Source: a bacterium (GTDB lineage Bacteria; Patescibacteriota; Patescibacteriia; JACPHY01). From it: a stretch of 57,166 nt of DNA. The notes under the pieces were generated by a model, which was not told where the DNA came from, searched no databases, and saw nothing but the letters and a program-made list of their open reading frames with translations. Made by a program: the position numbers and the translations under genes. The DNA lies in assembly GCA_030647005.1 (NCBI GenBank), contig JAUSKG010000031.1, positions 1 to 57,166 on the forward strand, in the 5' to 3' direction. Below, one piece after another: positions 43,945-53,046 of the stretch (position 1 is its first letter; each line of letters starts with the position of its first letter).

Positions 43945-44451
43945 CTAGTGCAGAAGCTGTTCCATCACGACCCAGACCATGCCGCCGATGATTGCTCCCG
44001 CAACGACATCCGAGACGTAGTGGAGCCCGACGAGGACGCGGCCGACGGCGACGAGCGTTGCTCCGGTGAGGAGCGCCACCTGCATCCCCCACCCCACGAA
44101 CGGCACGAGTGGAAGGACGAGCGCGAACGCGATCGCGGCGTGATCCGAGGGGAACGATTTCTCATGCGCGGCGCGGGTGACCAGTGGGACCACCGCATCG
44201 AGTGCCACGAAGGGCCGTCTCCGAAACCGCAACGCCCCAATGCCGTGGCTCACCGCGAGCGCGATTGCGCTCGAAAGCGCGACGAGCAGGAGGCGATCCG
44301 CAAAGCGCGGTGACAGGAGGAGCACCGCCATCACCCCCACCACCGCCGCGAGGAACCAGATGAGCCCCGATGCGAGGAAGATGCTCAGGAACGTCCACCC
44401 GGGCGACCTGCGAGCGAGACGGTTGCACCAGAGCGCGAGGATACGATCCAT
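43945..44451 (-). CDS. PAP2-family phosphatase (undecaprenyl-diphosphatase/BcrC-like)
   Basis: 168 aa with 'SFPSDHAAIAFAL' and 'GRVLVGLHYVSDVVAG' PAP2 motifs. Confidence 0.8.
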   Translation of the reverse strand: MDRILALWCNRLARRSPGWTFLSIFLASGLIWFLAAVVGVMAVLLLSPRFADRLLLVALSSAIALAVSHGIGALRFRRRPFVALDAVVPLVTRAAHEKSFPSDHAAIAFALVLPLVPFVGWGMQVALLTGATLVAVGRVLVGLHYVSDVVAGAIIGGMVWVVMEQLLH

Positions 44452-44454
44452 ACA

Positions 44455-45405
44455 CTACACCATCAACTGCTTGAACTCCTCCACCATGGGCACGCGCTCG
44501 GGATCCGCACCGTTCGCGATCGCCGTGTGGTACGCCATCCAATCCGCCGTGAGGAGCGAGTTCCACACGCGCGCCCACGTCCCCGCCCCTTCGAGCTGCA
44601 CTACCTCCACGGGCACGCCGCGGTCGCGGTACATAGTCGCACAGACCTCCATGCGCCGACGGGTGCGCTCGTCATCGCGATCATCATGGAGAAAGATGCC
44701 GTGGAACATGCTCGTCCGCGTCCGGGTCGCCGGCATGGCCTCAAAGCCGTTCATCTCATTGTGGTTCAGCTCCGGAAACACGTTCATGAACGCGGGAATC
44801 TTCCCGGTCTCATTGAGCTTGATCTTCCAATTGTACGCGATGGCGCGATTGCGCGTGGATGCGTAGACAACGGGCACCCGACCAGCGAGCTGTCCTGCGA
44901 GCACCTTCCCACGACTCGCGCTCGCGTCCGTGGCGAGCTCGACATGCTGGAGCTCCGGGACACCATCGGGATCAACGAGCGCGAGGAGTGCGAGCGTGCT
45001 GTACCCAAGCGCGGTCCGCGGTTGAATCCCCGTCGCAGGCATCTGAACGTACGGAAGTCCCTCGGCTTGCGCGACCGTGAGCAGCTCCCCGCCCGTCGCC
45101 ACTACGGCCACATCGAGTCCGCGTGCCCGTGCGGCTGCGAGCGCGTCGAGGGTCTCCTCCGTATTCCCCGAGTAGGAACTTGCGATGAAGAGACGCTCTG
45201 AGAGATCGGTGCATGATGGCAGCCCGTAGTCGCGGTGCGTGACCATATCGAGCTCGGGCTTCCACAGGCGGAGGAGGCCGACCGCGAGCGCGGAACCGCC
45301 CATGCCCGCCACAACGAACGCGCGGTGTTTCCGGACGGTCCCCACGATCTCCGGCGTGAAGGTGAACTGCTGCGGAAAATCCTTGATCGCTTGATCCATG
45401 GCCAT
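44455..45405 (-). CDS. Bifunctional phosphoglucose/phosphomannose isomerase (SIS domain)
   Basis: Start refined to ATG 45405 ('MAMDQAIKDFPQQF'). 'VVAGMGGSALAVGL' and 'IASSYSGNTEETL'. The ORF extends to 45450. Confidence 0.8.
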   Translation of the reverse strand: MAMDQAIKDFPQQFTFTPEIVGTVRKHRAFVVAGMGGSALAVGLLRLWKPELDMVTHRDYGLPSCTDLSERLFIASSYSGNTEETLDALAAARARGLDVAVVATGGELLTVAQAEGLPYVQMPATGIQPRTALGYSTLALLALVDPDGVPELQHVELATDASASRGKVLAGQLAGRVPVVYASTRNRAIAYNWKIKLNETGKIPAFMNVFPELNHNEMNGFEAMPATRTRTSMFHGIFLHDDRDDERTRRRMEVCATMYRDRGVPVEVVQLEGAGTWARVWNSLLTADWMAYHTAIANGADPERVPMVEEFKQLMV

Positions 45406-45456
45406 ACGGAGGAACGGTAATGACACGGGGCGTGCGGCACGACGTCGCACCTAGCA

Positions 45457-46620
45457 CTATCCTAGCACAGAAGCCGTGAGCGTCTCGACCCATGCGTCCG
45501 CACCGAGCTGTTGCTCCGCGCGGTCGAGGTCCTGTACGGTCGAGCGTGTTGCGGGATGTGCGGGCGTGAAGAGCGAGCAGCAATCGTCGTAGGGACGCTT
45601 TGAGATCTCCGCGGTACCGATCCGCTCCGCGAACTCGATGATGTCCTGCTTGTCTTCACCGATGAGCGGACGGAGTACGGGGAGCGTCGTTGCCGCCTCC
45701 ACCGCCGCGAGGTTCGGGATGGTCTGCGAGGCCACCTGGCCAACACTCTCGCCGGTGACGAGCGCGCCGTTGTGCTGCGCGATCGCGATGCGCGTGGCGA
45801 CGCGCAGCATCATCCTGCGGTAGAGGAGCACGCGGAGGTCTGCTGGCGCATCCATCATCACCTGCTTCTGGTAGTCAATGAGCGAGACGTGCGTGAGTCG
45901 CCCTCGATCCTGCTGCCACGGCTGGAGGGTCTGCACGATCTCGTCCACGTTCCGCATCGAAGCGTCGGACGTGTACGGGTACGAGTGGAAGTGCACGAAG
46001 TCCACGATGCATCCGCGCCGCATGAGCTTCCATGCCGCAACTGGCGAATCGAACCCGCTCGAGATGAGACAGAGCACCGGTCCGGACACCCCGACCGGCA
46101 ACCCGCCCGCACCGGAGCGTTTCGTTGTGAACACAAAAGATGTTCGCTCAATGATCTCGACGTACACCGTTATGTCGGGGGTCGTGAGGTTAACTGCCAT
46201 GCCGGTCGCCTGCACGATCGCCGCCCCGAGCTCGCGCTCGAGCTCCATGGAGTTCTTCGGGTAACTCTTCTGCCCCCGCTTCACGCGCACGACGAAGGAC
46301 CTGCCGCTCGTATCTGGAACCTGGCACCTCACGCTCTCGACGACATCCTGTTCAAGCTCCGCGTACGGCTGTCGCACCTCGTGGCCCGTGAGGATGTTTA
46401 CGATACCAAAGATTTTCTGGAGACGCTCTGCGACATTCGCCACTGCGCCCGCGCCGTCTACTCCCCTGACCACGATCCGCCCGCTCATCCGCTTCACCTC
46501 ACATCCGGCAACAGCACGGAGTGCCCATCGAATATTCTCGACGAGCTGCTTCTCGAACATGTCACGATTCCGCCCCTTGAGCGCAATCTCGTGGTAGTGG
46601 GCAATAATGGCGGGGGTCAT
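45457..46620 (-). CDS. thiI: tRNA 4-thiouridine synthase ThiI
   Basis: Start refined to ATG 46620 ('MTPAIIAHYHEIALKGRNR'). THUMP region and PP-loop 'LISSGFDSPVAAW'. Confidence 0.9.
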   Translation of the reverse strand: MTPAIIAHYHEIALKGRNRDMFEKQLVENIRWALRAVAGCEVKRMSGRIVVRGVDGAGAVANVAERLQKIFGIVNILTGHEVRQPYAELEQDVVESVRCQVPDTSGRSFVVRVKRGQKSYPKNSMELERELGAAIVQATGMAVNLTTPDITVYVEIIERTSFVFTTKRSGAGGLPVGVSGPVLCLISSGFDSPVAAWKLMRRGCIVDFVHFHSYPYTSDASMRNVDEIVQTLQPWQQDRGRLTHVSLIDYQKQVMMDAPADLRVLLYRRMMLRVATRIAIAQHNGALVTGESVGQVASQTIPNLAAVEAATTLPVLRPLIGEDKQDIIEFAERIGTAEISKRPYDDCCSLFTPAHPATRSTVQDLDRAEQQLGADAWVETLTASVLG

Positions 46621-46657
46621 AGAGCTGCAAGTATATCTTGGAGACCTCTCCAACGGT

Positions 46658-46739
46658 CGTCATTGCGAGTCCGCGAAGCAATCTCATGCGGTTCAGCCAA
46701 TTGTTGCAGGTGAGATTGCTTCGCGGACTCGCAATGACG
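46658..46739. repeat. 82-bp palindromic element of the GTCATTGCGAG family
   Basis: Arms 'cgtcattgcgagtccgcgaagcaatctca' and 'tgagattgcttcgcggactcgcaatgacg' around a 24-nt loop. Confidence 0.8.
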
Positions 46740-46806
46740 ACGGGGGTGTTGAGGAAGCATTTACCGGGGTGTATGCTATCGGTAAGAGCTTCTCATATTT
46801 TCCTTT

Positions 46807-47478
46807 ATGGATCAAGTACACGAAACATCAACCACACCGCAAGAGCCAACGCGTCCGTTTCCGTTGGTGCATGTGATTGTGGCAGCCGCCGCGGCTACGG
46901 TTATCGTCGGTGGAATCGCTGCGCTCCTGCTTACCATAACCCAACAGGGCGAAGAGGAGGACGCAGCATTCCTCCGCGCGCAGAACGCGGTGCTCATGGA
47001 GCAAATTGCAAAGATCGAACAGATGAAGGACGATCAATCTGTAGAACTCGAACAGCTCAGACGTGGCTACGGCGAGTTGATCGAGGTCGCCGCATCGGAA
47101 ATTGGATCCATAGATGCGCTTTTCAAAAGCGTGGCGCGCAAGCAACGGGCAACCGTCGAACGATTCTTCGATCTCGTCCTCCCTCCCGATCCTCTTGATT
47201 ACGATGCCGCCACGTATCTCCTTGCTGGTGATCTCGCCGAACAACTGAGGGCGGATATTTCCTGGGTGCCACGCACCCTTGGAATCCAAGACAGCCCTGA
47301 TCGTATCGCTGTACTCGATCTCGAAGGCTACTTCGGTATCTTTGGAGCGCGCGTCGCTGGATACTACGGCGACGCCAACGAGCCCGAGCGCATTTGGCGA
47401 GTGAGCGGCATTTTTGAAGAGAGGCCGACATTCGAACCTGGTACGTGGGTGATCACCGACATTGCAGTTTTGCGGTAA
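46807..47478 (+). CDS. Hypothetical membrane-anchored coiled-coil protein
   Basis: 223 aa with TM 'LVHVIVAAAAATVIVGGIAALLL', then a coiled-coil-like segment. No known motif. Confidence 0.55.
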   Translation: MDQVHETSTTPQEPTRPFPLVHVIVAAAAATVIVGGIAALLLTITQQGEEEDAAFLRAQNAVLMEQIAKIEQMKDDQSVELEQLRRGYGELIEVAASEIGSIDALFKSVARKQRATVERFFDLVLPPDPLDYDAATYLLAGDLAEQLRADISWVPRTLGIQDSPDRIAVLDLEGYFGIFGARVAGYYGDANEPERIWRVSGIFEERPTFEPGTWVITDIAVLR

Positions 47479-47493
47479 ACATCGTGCGCGAAC

Positions 47494-47529
47494 GCCGGGT
47501 CCCAAGCTTGGGACCCGGCATATTTTCTG
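47494..47529 (+). terminator. Intrinsic terminator between convergent genes
   Basis: Perfect palindrome 'gccgggtcccaagcttgggacccggc' followed by 'atattttct'. Confidence 0.7.
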
Positions 47530-47574
47530 CACCCAGAGCAACATCTGTGCACGCCGTGGATCATCGGCCAACCG

Positions 47575-47838
47575 TCATCCGAGCATCTGCTCCGTCACCT
47601 CCTCACCCCAGCTCTCCTCGACGGCTTGTTTGATGACGGCGCGGGAGAAGTTGTTGCGATGGAGACGTGTGACGAGCTCTTGGATCGTCACCTTCTGACC
47701 CGCATCGCGCGCGATGCGGTAGGCGTCGCAGTGCTCGATCGCACGGCGGAGCTGGACGTGCACATCGTCGAGACCATGCTCCACCTCCGGCGTGGACGAG
47801 GCTGCCTTCCTGCGCTTGAAGATGTCGAGGATACGCAT
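47575..47838 (-). CDS. Small hypothetical protein
   Basis: 87-aa ORF with ATG start. No motif recognised. Confidence 0.45.
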   Translation of the reverse strand: MRILDIFKRRKAASSTPEVEHGLDDVHVQLRRAIEHCDAYRIARDAGQKVTIQELVTRLHRNNFSRAVIKQAVEESWGEEVTEQMLG

Positions 47839-47922
47839 AGGAAAATTTTTAGATTTGCGATGTTAGATGTAAGAATCACGAGAGTTGTTTACACTTTTCT
47901 GTCTCATCGTCCACTATATTTC

Positions 47923-48069
47923 GTCATCTCGACCCCGTTCGACTCGCGGACTCGCTCAGGGCAGGCTCCGCAACAGAGAGCGGAGAGATCTCTATGGTAT
48001 GACGATTCCCCAGAGAAGATGAGATTTCTCGACTTCGTTCGCCCATGCGCTCACTTCGCTCGAAATGAC
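47923..48069. repeat. Second palindromic repeat family (GTCATCTCGA...TCGAAATGAC)
   Basis: ~147-bp element. The right arm 'gagatttctcgacttcgttcgcccatgcgctcacttcgctcgaaatgac' is related to 31901..31934. Confidence 0.5.
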
Positions 48070-48154
48070 GGGGGGACGGAGATCGTCTACGAGAAGTGCT
48101 GTGTGTAAACAACGCTCAAAAAATTCACATGTTAGATTTGAAATTGCTGGTGGT

Positions 48155-49735
48155 CTACAGCAACGATTGTCCCGTCATGGCCGATGGTTTTCTCATGCCC
48201 ATGATCTTGAGGATGGTGGGTGCAACATCCGCGAGGATGCCGGTGGGCTGGAGGAGCGAGAGGTCGCCACCGAGCGACTCCAGCTCTGCATTCACCTGCC
48301 CCGCGAACTGCTCTCCGCAGACAATGAACGGTACGGGATTGGTCTCGTGCTCCTTGTCGATCTCGCCGGTATCGAGCTTCTTCACGATCTCCGCGTTCCC
48401 GTGATCCGCGGTAATCACGAGGATACCACCCTTCGCGAGGACCGCGTGCTCGAGCGCACCGATGCACGCGTCGATCGCTTCGACCGCTTTCACGGTAGGC
48501 CCGAGCTTTCCCGTATGGCCAACCATGTCGACGTTCGCGAAGTTCACCACGACGACATCGTACGCGCCAGCAGCAACCTCCTGCACCACGCGTTTCGTGA
48601 TCTTCTCCGCAGCCATCGCCGGCACCGTATCGTACGTCGCAACGCTCGGTGAGGGAACGAGCACGCGCTCCTCGCCGCGGTACGCCTCCTCCCGCATCCC
48701 ATTGAAGAAGAACGTCACATGCGCGTACTTTTCGGTCTCGGCAACATGGAGCTGCGCGAGGCCGGCATCCGACCACACTTTTGCGAGGCACGTTGGGATG
48801 TCCTCGGACGGAAACGCGACTTCCTTCGTGAGCCCCTCCTCGTACTCCATCATGGTCCCAAAGAAGAGCCGCTGGACCTTCGTGCGCTCGAACTCCCTGA
48901 AGTCCTTATCTACAAATGCGTGTGAGAGTTGCCGAGCGCGATCCGCACGAAAGTTGAAGAACAGTATCGCATCGTCGTCCGCAATCTTCCCGATCGGCTC
49001 CCCGCCCTCCACGATGACCGTCGGGACGAACTCCTCGTCGTAGACGCGCTTCGCGTAGCTCGCCGCGATGGAATCTCCTGCGTCGGTCGCCAATGCCCCC
49101 TCGCCGTCCACCATCGCGTGGTACGCGAGCGCAACGCGATCCCATCGGTGATCACGATCCATGGCGTAGTAGCGACCGGAGAGCGACGCGATCTTCCCCA
49201 CACCGACCTTCTCCATGCGCCGCTCCAACGCAGCGACAAATCGCCCGCCGCTGTTATGAATCGCATCACGCCCGTCGAGGATGACGTGGACAAATATCTC
49301 GGCAACACCGGCCTGCTTTGCAACCTCGAGAAGCGCGAAGCAGTGATCCTGGTGGCTATGAATGCCACCGGGTGAGAGGAGACCAACGATGTGGAGCCGC
49401 GAACCGTGCTCCCGAACGTGTGCCGCTGCGCGTTGAAAGACGGAATTCTCCTGAAACGCGCCGCTGAGGATGGCCTGATCGATACGGGGGCGATTCTGGT
49501 AGAACACCCGCCCGGTTCCGATGTTCAGGTGCCCCACCTCGGAGTTCCCCATCTCACCGCGTGCAAGCCCCACCTCGAGACCGGCCGCAGCGAGCGTCAT
49601 CGTCGGGTACGTCTGCACGAGCCGATCAAAGTGTGGCGTCTTCGCCCGCGTGATCGCGTTTCCCTCGTGATCCGGCGCAATGCCGTACCCATCGAGGATG
49701 CAGAGGACGACAGGTTTTGGACGCTTGGTGGACAT
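48155..49735 (-). CDS. gpmI: 2,3-bisphosphoglycerate-independent phosphoglycerate mutase
   Basis: 526 aa with 'VVLCILDGYGIA', 'GNSEVGHLNIGTGR' and 'ITADHGNAE'. Confidence 0.95.
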   Translation of the reverse strand: MSTKRPKPVVLCILDGYGIAPDHEGNAITRAKTPHFDRLVQTYPTMTLAAAGLEVGLARGEMGNSEVGHLNIGTGRVFYQNRPRIDQAILSGAFQENSVFQRAAAHVREHGSRLHIVGLLSPGGIHSHQDHCFALLEVAKQAGVAEIFVHVILDGRDAIHNSGGRFVAALERRMEKVGVGKIASLSGRYYAMDRDHRWDRVALAYHAMVDGEGALATDAGDSIAASYAKRVYDEEFVPTVIVEGGEPIGKIADDDAILFFNFRADRARQLSHAFVDKDFREFERTKVQRLFFGTMMEYEEGLTKEVAFPSEDIPTCLAKVWSDAGLAQLHVAETEKYAHVTFFFNGMREEAYRGEERVLVPSPSVATYDTVPAMAAEKITKRVVQEVAAGAYDVVVVNFANVDMVGHTGKLGPTVKAVEAIDACIGALEHAVLAKGGILVITADHGNAEIVKKLDTGEIDKEHETNPVPFIVCGEQFAGQVNAELESLGGDLSLLQPTGILADVAPTILKIMGMRKPSAMTGQSLL

Positions 49736-49780
49736 GGACGTAGTATAACAAACGGAGTACGGCCGTGTGGGAGGCGCGAA

Positions 49781-50030
49781 CGGGAGGGGGTAAACCCCTC
49801 CCCTACGGGGATCGTGACGTCACATGCAGTGACACCGCAAGGATGTCATCTATCATCACCCCTCTCTCTGTCATTGCGAGGCACGAGTCCCTGAGTGCCG
49901 TGGCAATCCCGGTCATAGAGCGTACGCGGTTTTCACCTCTGTACTGGTATGACCGGGATTGCCACGTCGCGGACTCCTCGCAATGACAGAGAGGAGCGGA
50001 CTCCCTCGCAATGACACGGTGGTGGCGGAA
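49781..50030. repeat. Composite repeat block, copy 1: 36-nt G/C hairpin module + 118-bp MITE (49870..49987) + extra half-site (49993..50016)
   Basis: 'cgggagggggtaaacccctcccctacggggatcgtg' is identical to 56616..56651. The MITE is near-identical to 56701 onwards. The block ends '...ctcgcaatgacacggtggtggcggaaa'. Confidence 0.8.
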
Positions 50031-50065
50031 ACCCAAATCCAAACCCCAAAACCAAATGCTGGGTC

Positions 50066-51310
50066 TCAGCGCACGGAACGCAGCCGACCGGTCGAGCCCG
50101 CAATCCCGGGAGCATTCCGACGCACGCCCAGCCCATCGGTGCTCCAGTACACGCCCACCGCAGGACGATCGGGAAACCGCTGCGGATCAATAACCCCAAA
50201 CAGCCACGACCAGGTCGTGCGATCGAGCTCATGTCCTGCTCCGCCCTCGGCATCGTAGTGTTGCCGGAAGAGGACGAGGTACTGAGAGAGAGTGGGAATA
50301 GGGTAGCGGAGACGGACGGCGTCGAGCTGGGACTTGTTCTGGATGGTTTCGGCGGTGAGCGTCGCGGGATTTTGGGGATCAGGAATCAGGCGATCTGTTG
50401 GTGGATGTTGCTCCCAGGCGACAAAGGATACTTCTGGGGGAGGGGTCTCGTGGGTTTCGGGGTCAATGATGGCGGGGCACTTGAGCGTGGGGTAGAGGGC
50501 TTGGAGGTATTCGAGCCAGTGATCTTTGTCAAAGGGGACGGGAATGTAGTTCGGGTCTTCCGGGGGGAGGGTGTTCCGCGTGAGGTCTCTGAGGGTGAGG
50601 TCGCGGAGCTGGTTGAGGAAGTCGTCAGGGGTGGGGTTCATGCGTGGCCAGACCTTGATGTTGCTGTTGCGGATGAGCCGGTCAAAGAGCACGCGGGTGA
50701 GGGTGCGGGGGAGGTCTCCGAGTGTTGGATCGGAGATTTCGTCTGGTGTGAGGGTTTCTTTTCGGGGTGGGGAAACGAGGAGGAGGTGGTTGACTTCTCT
50801 GCGCTCGATAGCTGCCTTGATGTCCTCGAGACGCTCCGGGGTCATGGTGAGGACGCGGAAGTCAACGGTGAAGTTGGGGTCGTTGTAGGTGGAGCGGTAC
50901 CAGTCCTGCTGGTGTTCCAGGCATTGCTCAATGGTGGAGCCGTCTTTGAGCTCCAGGTTGTTTTGGTGGAGGAAGTCGTTGAGGTCTGTGCTCCATGCTT
51001 CGTATGGGAGGTGACCTTCGGGGGCTTCGGATTCGGGGATGGTTCCCGTGCGGTATGCCTCGGAGAGGGCGTGGGAGAGGGTGGTGAGGTGGGTGATGCT
51101 CGGGAGGTCGCGGGGGGTGGTGGTGGTGCGGAGGGAGGCGACGGCGGTTTCCACCTCATCAATGTTCGTGAGGGGTCCGTGGTATCCGAGTGCACGGAAC
51201 TGGTCTCGGATTTGCTGTTCGAGGTTTTTCACGTAGGAACGGACATCGCGGGGGAGGTCGTGCTTCGCGATGCCGTGGTGGCGTTCGGGGATGGGGGGAT
51301 GTTCCATCAT
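50066..51310 (-). CDS. Hypothetical protein (orphan family; paralog fragment at 56922..57166)
   Basis: ORF 50066..51415 trimmed to ATGATG at 51310, overlapping the rplI stop. 414 aa, P/T/D/E/L-rich, no motif recognised. The C-terminal 'LSQYLVLFRQHYD...TTWSWLFGVIDP...YWSTDGL' is conserved in the paralog. Confidence 0.6.
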   Translation of the reverse strand: MMEHPPIPERHHGIAKHDLPRDVRSYVKNLEQQIRDQFRALGYHGPLTNIDEVETAVASLRTTTTPRDLPSITHLTTLSHALSEAYRTGTIPESEAPEGHLPYEAWSTDLNDFLHQNNLELKDGSTIEQCLEHQQDWYRSTYNDPNFTVDFRVLTMTPERLEDIKAAIERREVNHLLLVSPPRKETLTPDEISDPTLGDLPRTLTRVLFDRLIRNSNIKVWPRMNPTPDDFLNQLRDLTLRDLTRNTLPPEDPNYIPVPFDKDHWLEYLQALYPTLKCPAIIDPETHETPPPEVSFVAWEQHPPTDRLIPDPQNPATLTAETIQNKSQLDAVRLRYPIPTLSQYLVLFRQHYDAEGGAGHELDRTTWSWLFGVIDPQRFPDRPAVGVYWSTDGLGVRRNAPGIAGSTGRLRSVR

Positions 51311-51750
51311 GCTGCCTCTACGATCACACGGAACTCTGCCTCTAGGCCGTGCGGCATGGCGCACCGTACGGTGTACTCGCCGATCTCGGTGAGCGGCGTA
51401 TCGAGCTGCATCCACGCTCCTGCTACATCTCTCCCCTCTGCTGCGAGTCGCGTGACAATCTGAGGAATGCCGATCGCTCCCGTGAGCGTTCCCTCTGCAT
51501 TCGCGCTCGCGGTAATGACGAGCTCGTACCCGTCGAGGTCCTCTGCGAGCTGCTGGAGTTCGCCAAGTTCATGCTCGCTCGCGATGCGCTGCGCCTCCGC
51601 CGCGGCAGCATGCTCCGCGAGAGCTTCCTCGGTTGCAGAGATCGCGAGGTGCTTCGGGAACAGGGTGTCCTGTGCGTGGCTACCTTCCACCTCCACGACA
51701 TCACCCGCATCGCCGAGGTCCGGAATGTCCTTGAGGAGAATGACGCGCAT
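51307..51750 (-). CDS. rplI: 50S ribosomal protein L9
   Basis: 147 aa with 'MRVILLKDIPDLGDAGDVVEV'. Confidence 0.9.
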   Translation of the reverse strand: MRVILLKDIPDLGDAGDVVEVEGSHAQDTLFPKHLAISATEEALAEHAAAAEAQRIASEHELGELQQLAEDLDGYELVITASANAEGTLTGAIGIPQIVTRLAAEGRDVAGAWMQLDTPLTEIGEYTVRCAMPHGLEAEFRVIVEAA

Positions 51751-51761
51751 ACGTACTCGCC

Positions 51762-53024
51762 TTATTCCACACGCAACGCATCGAGTTCCATGAGTGCCCG
51801 CTCGAGTTGCGGGTCACTCCCCGCCTCCGCATCGTCTTCCGCATCTGGTACCACGATATCCGGCGTGATGCCACGCTCCTCAATGGACATGCCGGACGGC
51901 GTGAGCCACTCCGCGATCGTGAGCTTGAGCGCAGAGCCGTCACGCAGACCGGTGAGGTGCTGCACCGTGCCCTTGCCAAAGGTCTGTTCCCCGACGATCG
52001 TTGCGTACGCGTAGTCCTGGAGCGCACCAGCGACGATCTCCGACGCCGACGCGCTGCCACCGTTCACGAGCACGACCGTCGGGAGGTGCTGGAGTCGTGC
52101 GAGTCCACTCGCGCGATGCTCCTGCACGCGGCCGTCATTCGCCCGCTCGCGCACGATGACCTTGCGCTCGGCCCACTCCCCCGCCACGGCGATGGCCGCA
52201 TCAAGGAACCCGCCGGGATCATTCCGGAGATCGAGGACGATGCCGCGATCACCGCGTCCGAGGAGTGCGCGCACCGCCATGTCAAACCGCTCGAGTGTGT
52301 CGCCGTTGAAGTGCGAGATGCGCACGACGGCAACGGTGTTGCCAGCCGGTGTCGTGCGTGTCTCCGTGACAACGCTCTCGATCTCGATGACATCACGGAC
52401 GATGGAAACATCCCGCGGTGCGTCGTCCCCGGGGGTCTGAACGAAGAGTTTCACGGAGGTCCCGCGTATGCCGCGAATGCGCGCGACGGCCTCCTCGAGC
52501 GTCAAATCCATCGTCGGCGCATCGTCAACGGCGAAAATGAGGTCGCCCGCCCGCAATCCCGCCGCCTCCGCCGGCGTTCCGGCGAGTGGCGCGATGACCG
52601 TGAGCGTGTCGTTGCGGATGCCGATCTCCGCGCCGATGCCCTCGAGCGATCCGGAGAGGTCCTCGCGGAAGAGCTTCGCGCGCTCGGGATCGAAAAATGC
52701 GGAGTACGGATCGTGGAGCGCGGCGACCATGCCGGCGAGGGACCCGTAGAAGCGTTCACCCTCATCCACGGGACGGCGGAGGTAGTCGCGGTCAATGAGC
52801 GACCACACCTCCCAGTACAACCCAAAATCCACCTCCCGCACGTCCTGCGGGACCGGTTGGTCGCGCGCGACAACGCGCGTCGGCGTCTCGCCAACGAGCA
52901 ACTCGCTCCGCGCGCGCTGTTGGCCGGAGAAGTACCCCACCCACCAGCTCGCAACAAGGAGCGCGATGCCGACGAGTGCTTGGAGGTGTCGTCGTGTGAT
53001 CTGCATACTCGTATACCGTAGCAC
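51762..53024 (-). CDS. Carboxy-terminal processing protease (S41, CtpA/Prc-like) with PDZ domain
   Basis: 'GIGAEIGIRNDTLTVIAPLAGTPAEAAGLRAGDLI' (PDZ), 'VVLVNGGSASASEIVAGAL' (Ser) and 'TFGKGTVQ' (Lys). An alternative ATG is at 53006. Confidence 0.85.
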   Translation of the reverse strand: MLRYTSMQITRRHLQALVGIALLVASWWVGYFSGQQRARSELLVGETPTRVVARDQPVPQDVREVDFGLYWEVWSLIDRDYLRRPVDEGERFYGSLAGMVAALHDPYSAFFDPERAKLFREDLSGSLEGIGAEIGIRNDTLTVIAPLAGTPAEAAGLRAGDLIFAVDDAPTMDLTLEEAVARIRGIRGTSVKLFVQTPGDDAPRDVSIVRDVIEIESVVTETRTTPAGNTVAVVRISHFNGDTLERFDMAVRALLGRGDRGIVLDLRNDPGGFLDAAIAVAGEWAERKVIVRERANDGRVQEHRASGLARLQHLPTVVLVNGGSASASEIVAGALQDYAYATIVGEQTFGKGTVQHLTGLRDGSALKLTIAEWLTPSGMSIEERGITPDIVVPDAEDDAEAGSDPQLERALMELDALRVE

Positions 53025-53046
53025 GTTTCACGAGGAGGATTACCCC

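Noticed and set aside
50231-51463. 410-aa plus-strand ORF antisense to the orphan gene 50066..51310
   Set aside because: Neither strand has a known domain. The plus-frame product is G/V/E-rich low complexity. The minus-frame product has a balanced composition, is ATGA-coupled to rplI, and its C-terminus is conserved at the protein level in the paralog at 56922..57166.
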